Origin: an uncultured Gammaproteobacteria bacterium
GTDB taxonomy: Bacteria > Patescibacteriota > Microgenomatia > UBA12405
Assembly (NCBI GenBank): GCA_964408995.1
Contig: CAYPBP010000004.1
Span: 16,618-80,617 of the forward strand
Direction: 5' to 3'
Length of the DNA stretch: 64,000 nucleotides
Shown: positions 58,033 to 64,000 of the stretch, one piece after another
How positions within the stretch are numbered: the first letter of the stretch is position 1
How the letters are laid out: every line of letters starts with the position of its first letter
Notes under the pieces: generated by a model
Told to the model about the DNA's origin: nothing
Database searches by the model: none
The model's input: the letters and a program-made list of their open reading frames with translations, nothing else
Made by a program: the position numbers and the translations under genes

Positions 58033-59850
58033 GTGGCACAAATATATCCAGACATAAAAAATATTAATAAGTTAAAGGTCCGACCTACTTCAGGAGAATG
58101 TCAACTTTTAAATTTTTTAATAAAAAATCTTTCTAATGATTTTGAGGTATATTTTCAACCTTATATTAACGGAGATAGACCAGATATAGTTATTGTAAAA
58201 AAGAATTCAGGAGTTTTAATTATTGAAGTTAAAGATTGGAATTTGGGTAGTTACGAAATTGATAGTAATAAAAATTGGTATTTAAAGAAAATACAAAATA
58301 ATAGAGGACAAAAACAGATTATTAAATCACCCATATCTCAGGTTAAAGAATATAAAAATAATCTTTACAATCTACATATTGAAAATTTATTAGAAAGAAA
58401 GATAAATGACCCAAAATATTTTTCAATTGTTAATTGTGCTGTGTATTTTAGTAATGCTACCAAAAATGAAATTAATATTTTTTTTGAAAAAGAATTTAAA
58501 ACAGAAAATCAAGATCTGAAATATATTGATTTATTAGGAAAAGATGATTTAACTTTAGAAAAATTTAATAAAGTTTTATCAAAACGTCGATTAAACACAA
58601 AATCACATTTATTTGATGAAGAATTATATAACAGTTTTAAAAGGTTTTTCCAACCTCCAATTCACACTTTGGAGGAAGGAACTGAAATTAAATATTCTCC
58701 AAAACAAACTGAATTATCACAAAGCATGGTGGTTCAACAAAAAATTAAAGGTTTTGCTGGAAGTGGAAAAACTATACTTCTTGCCAAAAGAGCAGTTAAT
58801 TCCCATAAAAGAACCTCTTCAAAAGTCTTGATTTTAACCTACAATATAAGTCTTAAGAATTATATACACGATAAAATAAGTGATGTAAGGGAAGAATTTG
58901 AATGGAAATATTTTAATATTTCTAATTATCATCAATTTATTAATTCTGAAACAAATAACTTAAACATTTGTATTAAAAAACTTGAATCTTATGAAGACTT
59001 AAATTTATTTAATGGTTATGAAAATCAAATAGAAAAATATAAAACTATATTAATAGATGAAGTACAAGATTACAGAACACAATGGATACAAATACTGAAG
59101 AAATATTTTCTTGATGAAGATGGAGAGTTTGTAGTTTTTGGAGACGAAAAACAAAATATTTATAAAAGAATTTTAGATCAAGACAAAAAACCAAATACTA
59201 CTATTCCAGGTAGATGGATTGAGTTAAAAGAGTCTTTTAGACTAAGCGAAAAAATAATACATTTATCAACTAGATTTCAAAAATATTTCTTTAAAGAAAA
59301 ATATGATCTGGATGTAACCGAAAACATTGAACAGCATACTTTATTTTCTGAAGAGAATATAAAACATTATTTTTTCAAAAAAAAAGAATTATTACCAATA
59401 ATTAGCCAAATATCAAAAATAATAAAAGAAAAGAAAATCCATCCTAATAATATTTGTTTTCTTTCATCTAAAAAAGAAATATTAAGAGATATTGATTTTG
59501 AAATAAGAAACTCTTTTAAAGAACACACTAAAACAACGTTTGCAACAAAAGAAAGGTTTGAATCTCTAAAAAAAGAAAATGATATTAATTTTAAAAAAGT
59601 ATTAAAAGGTATTGATAAAAACAAGAAATTTAATTTTTGGATGAATGATGGAACAATGAAATTATCAACAATACATAGCTTTAAAGGATGGGAAATACCA
59701 ACACTATTCTTAATTATAAATAATAATGATGATGTTGATGAATTAATTTACACTGCTATAACAAGATGTAGATACAATTTGTTCATTATCAATATTGGAA
59801 ATCAAAAATATTATGATTTTTTTGAAAAAAATAAAGATTTGTTAAATTAA
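58033..59850 (+). CDS. NERD nuclease - SF1 (UvrD-like) helicase fusion
   Basis: QP..NG..PD......GV.IIEVKDW; G.AGSGKT, IDEVQD, FGD.KQNIY, STIHSFKG.E, YTAITR. Confidence 0.9.
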   Translation: MAQIYPDIKNINKLKVRPTSGECQLLNFLIKNLSNDFEVYFQPYINGDRPDIVIVKKNSGVLIIEVKDWNLGSYEIDSNKNWYLKKIQNNRGQKQIIKSPISQVKEYKNNLYNLHIENLLERKINDPKYFSIVNCAVYFSNATKNEINIFFEKEFKTENQDLKYIDLLGKDDLTLEKFNKVLSKRRLNTKSHLFDEELYNSFKRFFQPPIHTLEEGTEIKYSPKQTELSQSMVVQQKIKGFAGSGKTILLAKRAVNSHKRTSSKVLILTYNISLKNYIHDKISDVREEFEWKYFNISNYHQFINSETNNLNICIKKLESYEDLNLFNGYENQIEKYKTILIDEVQDYRTQWIQILKKYFLDEDGEFVVFGDEKQNIYKRILDQDKKPNTTIPGRWIELKESFRLSEKIIHLSTRFQKYFFKEKYDLDVTENIEQHTLFSEENIKHYFFKKKELLPIISQISKIIKEKKIHPNNICFLSSKKEILRDIDFEIRNSFKEHTKTTFATKERFESLKKENDINFKKVLKGIDKNKKFNFWMNDGTMKLSTIHSFKGWEIPTLFLIINNNDDVDELIYTAITRCRYNLFIINIGNQKYYDFFEKNKDLLN

Positions 59851-59897
59851 TTCTTTAAAATCCAGCCATAAGTTTATTTAAATGTTAATATTGCTTA

Positions 59898-61640
59898 ATG
59901 GTAAAAAGGATAATTAATAAAATTATGTCTAAGTTAAAAATAATAATAATCTTATTTTCTTTAGTATTGATAAGTGTGTTTTTACTATTATTCCCTGCTT
60001 TTTATTTTAATAAGCTTGAATTTCAAATGAAATCAATTTATTCATCAATAGAATCTGTTAAAGGGGCATCTTTTGATAATGTTGAGCAAAGAAGTGGTCG
60101 AGAAGGAGGTCTAAAATCAAACGAAGAATATGAATATTATTCTGGTCTAATTAATGAGAATTTAAATAAAATGGATTCTCTTATTAATGACCATCAGAAT
60201 CTATTAGAAAAACAAGCTAAGATTACTTTTCTTTTGCCACCAAAATATAAAAAATACTACGGTCTTAAAAAGGAAGCCTTTGATAAGTATTATTTATCAT
60301 TAAGAGATTATAAAAAAGTCAAAGAATCTGAGAGTATTTTTTATTATGTATTAACAGAGCAAATCAAGTTCTCTAGTTTCATGAGAGATACTAGTGGTGG
60401 TAAAGATATAAGTATAGATTCTTTAAAAGAAGTAATTAACAAACTTCAAAAACTACAAATAAGTATTAAAGAAAATTTTGAAAAAGGTCTTTTAACTGAA
60501 AATTTTAATGATAAAGTGCCTAAAAAAATAAGTGTTTTTATTAGTGTTTACAATGTCGTGTTAGATTGGAAAGAAAAATTAGTTACAGATGATGAATTTT
60601 GGAATAAAATACTAAAAATAATAGACAACGATAATAATAACAAAGGTTATGATGTAGTAGAAATTATTTATGACTCAAGAATTAAAATTACTGATGTTAA
60701 AGGAAAAGAATGGATAAATCTTTATGACACATCAATAGAATTATCAAATAAAGCATCAGAATATTATTATAGTAATAAACTTTCTGATGATAATTTAAGT
60801 AAAATACTGTCAATTTATAATAAAAATTATCCTGAAAATAAAGAAAATAAAAACGATACAAAAATAGAAGAAAAATATATTGATTTAAACGGTGATGGTC
60901 AACAAGAAGTCCTACAGATAACAAGTAAAAATAGTAATGAAGCATATCCAGAGCTTATTTTGATTGCTTTTGATAAAAACAAGAAAGAAATTGGTAGATT
61001 ACCAGATAATTTTCCTGCCATAGATATACCTTTATCTAATACAGCCAGAGTATATACTCCAATTAAAAAAGATAAAAAACAATTTGTAAGTCTTGAATTT
61101 ATTCTTGGACCACATTCATCAGAGACCATGTTTTTTGGTTTATTCAAGTCGAAAGATGGAAATATGGGTATCATTCCAGTATGTTTAACTGATGATGTTG
61201 AAGATGCTAGAGATTGTTTATTTTGGTCTGGTGAAGTTGGTGATTTATGGGCTGATGATTATGATAAAGATGGGGTATTGGAAGTAGTGGAAATGGTTGA
61301 TGAATATCCAAAAGATGGACCATTAACTGATGAAATTAAAAATATCACCAATGAAACATTTGGAAAATTAGGCCAAAAAGCTAGTGATGGTGCTTTAAGG
61401 GTTTTAAAAAGAGAACAAGGTGGTAGAGGAAATAAGGTTATTTGGGCAATCTATAAATATAATGACAAATATTTTGAGAAACAATTAGGAAAAGATTACG
61501 ATAAATATTATGTTTTAGCGAAAGATCAGATTAGTAGTCTGTGGACTAAATATCCAAAAATAATTAAAAAGAGTGAGATAAGTAAAGATTCGTTGGAATA
61601 CAATGAATTTTTAAGAAACTATTGGCATGGAAATATGTAA
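59898..61640 (+). CDS. Membrane-anchored exported protein with DxNxDG-type motifs
   Basis: N-terminal TM, helical region, DLNGDGQQE and DYDKDGVLE. Confidence 0.75.
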   Translation: MVKRIINKIMSKLKIIIILFSLVLISVFLLLFPAFYFNKLEFQMKSIYSSIESVKGASFDNVEQRSGREGGLKSNEEYEYYSGLINENLNKMDSLINDHQNLLEKQAKITFLLPPKYKKYYGLKKEAFDKYYLSLRDYKKVKESESIFYYVLTEQIKFSSFMRDTSGGKDISIDSLKEVINKLQKLQISIKENFEKGLLTENFNDKVPKKISVFISVYNVVLDWKEKLVTDDEFWNKILKIIDNDNNNKGYDVVEIIYDSRIKITDVKGKEWINLYDTSIELSNKASEYYYSNKLSDDNLSKILSIYNKNYPENKENKNDTKIEEKYIDLNGDGQQEVLQITSKNSNEAYPELILIAFDKNKKEIGRLPDNFPAIDIPLSNTARVYTPIKKDKKQFVSLEFILGPHSSETMFFGLFKSKDGNMGIIPVCLTDDVEDARDCLFWSGEVGDLWADDYDKDGVLEVVEMVDEYPKDGPLTDEIKNITNETFGKLGQKASDGALRVLKREQGGRGNKVIWAIYKYNDKYFEKQLGKDYDKYYVLAKDQISSLWTKYPKIIKKSEISKDSLEYNEFLRNYWHGNM

Positions 61641-61693
61641 AATATTAATTCTGTAAGCAAATTTATATTTTAAATAAATGCTATTATTGCTTA

Positions 61694-62917
61694 ATGTTAA
61701 AAAAGATAATTAAATATATTTTTTCTTTCCACCCTACTTTATATTTTTTTATTGCCACAGTAGTTTTTAACTACATGGGAACTAAAACTGGAGAAGCAGC
61801 TGGTTATTTTGCCGAATTAGGAATCCTGTCTGGACTACTGTTTATGGTTTTAGTTCCTTCTGCTCTTAATGAATTTCTTGCTAATAATACTAAGAAAGTA
61901 GATTGGTTAATAGTTCTTCTAGCATCAATTATATTAGCGGCAGTAATGACTCTTCTTCCAGATTCAGTTTTTACTTTTGTTACAATGCCACTACTGGCCT
62001 TGTTCTTTGGTTTTATTATCTTTTTATTTTATCCACTATTTAGTCTTGTTCTTTGGTTATTTAACAAGATCCCTTTTAAAAAGATTCCTTTGAAAAAAAT
62101 TGAGAAAACATTAACCTATGAAAATATTTCATTAGAGTATAATAATTTTATGGAAATGATTAAAAAAATATTCAAAAATGTAACCCCAAATCTACTATTT
62201 ATTGGAGCCATAATTCTTTTGAGCACAATAATCTGGTCAAATGCTTTTTCTAAAAAAGAAATTAAAACATATAAAAATGCAGTTTCTGTTATTGGTGTAT
62301 CAACTAAAGATGTAGTTTCTGATAAAGCAATTTGGGTAATAACAATATCCAGAAAGAGTCTTGATAGATCCAAAAATATTAAAGAATTAACTGTTGATGA
62401 AAAATTAGTTAGAGAACACATTATTAACCTTGGTTTTGATAAACAAATACTTGGTTCTTCACGAATTGGTGTTGATACAATCTACAAAGCAAAAGAAAGT
62501 GGTTATGGTAATACTACAGAAATTGAAAATTATGAAACAAAATCAACTTTCACTATAGAAACAAAAGATGTTTACAAAGTTGGTGAAGGAGTTAATAAAT
62601 TAAGATTATATTGTGAAGAAAAAGGGATTGGTTTAATTGATAATAGAGCCGAATATACCTATACAAATTATGAATCTGAGAAAATACCTTTACTTAAAAT
62701 AGCTATATCTGATGCACAAGATAGAGCTAATGCTTTAGTTAATGCTTCTAGTGGAGTTTCTAAAACTTCAATTGGAAAAATATTAAGTGCTCAACAGGGT
62801 GTATTCCAAGTTAATAGCAAGAACGACAAGGATGTTGATGATTATGGTAACTTTGATACAACATCTATCGAAAAGACTATTAGAGCCACTGTGAGAGTCG
62901 ATTTTAATGCCGAATAG
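61694..62917 (+). CDS. Membrane protein fused in frame to SIMPL (DUF541) domain protein
   Basis: N-terminus paralogous to 41397..41876; from Met at 62150: V.V.G.....V.SD.A.W, A..DA..RA..L, GVFQ..S, FDT.SIEK. Confidence 0.8.
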   Translation: MLKKIIKYIFSFHPTLYFFIATVVFNYMGTKTGEAAGYFAELGILSGLLFMVLVPSALNEFLANNTKKVDWLIVLLASIILAAVMTLLPDSVFTFVTMPLLALFFGFIIFLFYPLFSLVLWLFNKIPFKKIPLKKIEKTLTYENISLEYNNFMEMIKKIFKNVTPNLLFIGAIILLSTIIWSNAFSKKEIKTYKNAVSVIGVSTKDVVSDKAIWVITISRKSLDRSKNIKELTVDEKLVREHIINLGFDKQILGSSRIGVDTIYKAKESGYGNTTEIENYETKSTFTIETKDVYKVGEGVNKLRLYCEEKGIGLIDNRAEYTYTNYESEKIPLLKIAISDAQDRANALVNASSGVSKTSIGKILSAQQGVFQVNSKNDKDVDDYGNFDTTSIEKTIRATVRVDFNAE

Positions 62918-62937
62918 TTAATAAAGGTTATTATTTA

Positions 62938-63915
62938 ATGTTTAAAAAAATAACTAGAATTTTATCTTTAATTGTTTTTATATTTGTTGTATCTAGTACT
63001 TTGATTTGGTTCTATTTAAATAAAGATGTAGAAACAGTAACAGAAGATACTGTAAATCTAATTACTGAAGACTTTGCAAAAGAAAAGCCTAAATCTGAAA
63101 AAATTTTTGATTATGGTAGTGAAGCTAGCAATGACCATATTGTTTTTAATATTGGCAAATTTGATTTTGAGTTTAATAGAGTAAAAGATTTAATGGACAC
63201 AAAGCTTGTTGTTAAAAATGGAACAAAAATATTAATTTCTAAAAAATACCCAAATGCTGTGTCCTCAATCTATAAAATTTTATTTAAAGATAAAAACATT
63301 ATTTTAGTGAATTATTATTCCGGTGGAGCACATTGTTGTTATATGGTAATTCCTTATCTTATTGATGGTGAAAAAGTTATTGAAGGAACAGAATTAGACC
63401 TTGGGAACATAGATATATTCTTCAAAGTTGATCCTTTTTTTATTAAGGATGACAAACTCTTTGTATTATCTCGTGATGATAGGTTTGCATATTTTGAAAT
63501 GAGCTATGCTGATTCTTCAAACACAATGTTTTTTACTAGTTTTCATGAATTATCACTTGAACCTTTAGGGTTTATAAATAGAAGCGAATTGTTTGTTGAT
63601 CATTACAAAGAACTCTACACTGGAGCTAGTAAGGATTTAAAAGAAAAAATAACTCAAGAAAATTGTGCTAAAGATGAAATAACCAAACAACCAATTTTTG
63701 GAAATTTGGTTTTAAAACATATTTATGGATTGTTAGCAGGAATTAATAGAAATAGGCTTAAATTAGAAATGTCAGGTGATTGGTGGTGTTTTCCTGGAAA
63801 AAATTTGGATGAAATTGAAGAGAAAATTTATAAATCCTTAACAGAAAGTGGAGAAAGTGAAGATTTTGCTGGTGAAAATATACAGAAAAATTATGGAAAG
63901 ATAATTGGGCAATAA
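62938..63915 (+). CDS. Membrane-anchored exported hypothetical protein
   Basis: N-terminal TM; YSGGAHCC and D.RF.YF...YA.S motifs. Confidence 0.75.
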   Translation: MFKKITRILSLIVFIFVVSSTLIWFYLNKDVETVTEDTVNLITEDFAKEKPKSEKIFDYGSEASNDHIVFNIGKFDFEFNRVKDLMDTKLVVKNGTKILISKKYPNAVSSIYKILFKDKNIILVNYYSGGAHCCYMVIPYLIDGEKVIEGTELDLGNIDIFFKVDPFFIKDDKLFVLSRDDRFAYFEMSYADSSNTMFFTSFHELSLEPLGFINRSELFVDHYKELYTGASKDLKEKITQENCAKDEITKQPIFGNLVLKHIYGLLAGINRNRLKLEMSGDWWCFPGKNLDEIEEKIYKSLTESGESEDFAGENIQKNYGKIIGQ

Positions 63916-64000
63916 AAGATTAATTATGTAGATAAATTTCTAGTCTAGTGTTTAAAAATTCTTTTAAAGCTTTTATTGTAGATCGAATAACTACTATAAA

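Larger units (their letters stand above)
41912..64000. mobile_element. Genomic/defence island; boundaries approximate and may extend beyond the window
   Basis: Serine recombinase 1.8 kb from tRNA-Ser(GGA), ParB-methylase, RM genes, helicases and nucleases, no housekeeping genes. Confidence 0.7.

Overview
AT-rich bacterial chromosomal window read in standard code 11 (TGA is used as stop). The compact gene set, frequent leaderless-type promoters and tRNAs without encoded CCA suggest a Patescibacteria/CPR (Microgenomates-like) genome; this taxonomy is inference. About 1-41 kb is mostly housekeeping and accessory metabolism: transketolase N-subunit, ECF sigma, ispH-ispG, guaB, groES-groEL, eno, gpmI, U32 protein, ABC-F, type 2 ileS, a glycosyltransferase/phosphatase fusion operon, hsp20, folC, a queuosine-precursor transporter, MATE and rubrerythrin, plus five tRNAs (Cys-GCA, Ser-GCT, Arg-GCG, Ser-CGA, Ser-GGA). 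From about 41.9 kb, downstream of tRNA-Ser(GGA), lies an island with a large serine recombinase, a ParB-methylase, a Sau3AI/MutH-like restriction-modification pair, a ParB-like/SNF2/DUF3883 module and further nuclease/helicase genes. The most unusual signal is at two tRNA loci. There, partial duplicate copies of the neighbouring tRNA are interleaved with or overwritten by the same 16-bp GC-rich hairpin, and at tRNA-Cys this flanks a stand-alone GIY-YIG nuclease. Other candidates: a structured RNA leader before hsp20, a 54-bp inverted repeat bracketing the island, a GVHH-motif IleRS and a putative glucosylglycerate-type operon. All family names come from motif recognition, not database searches.
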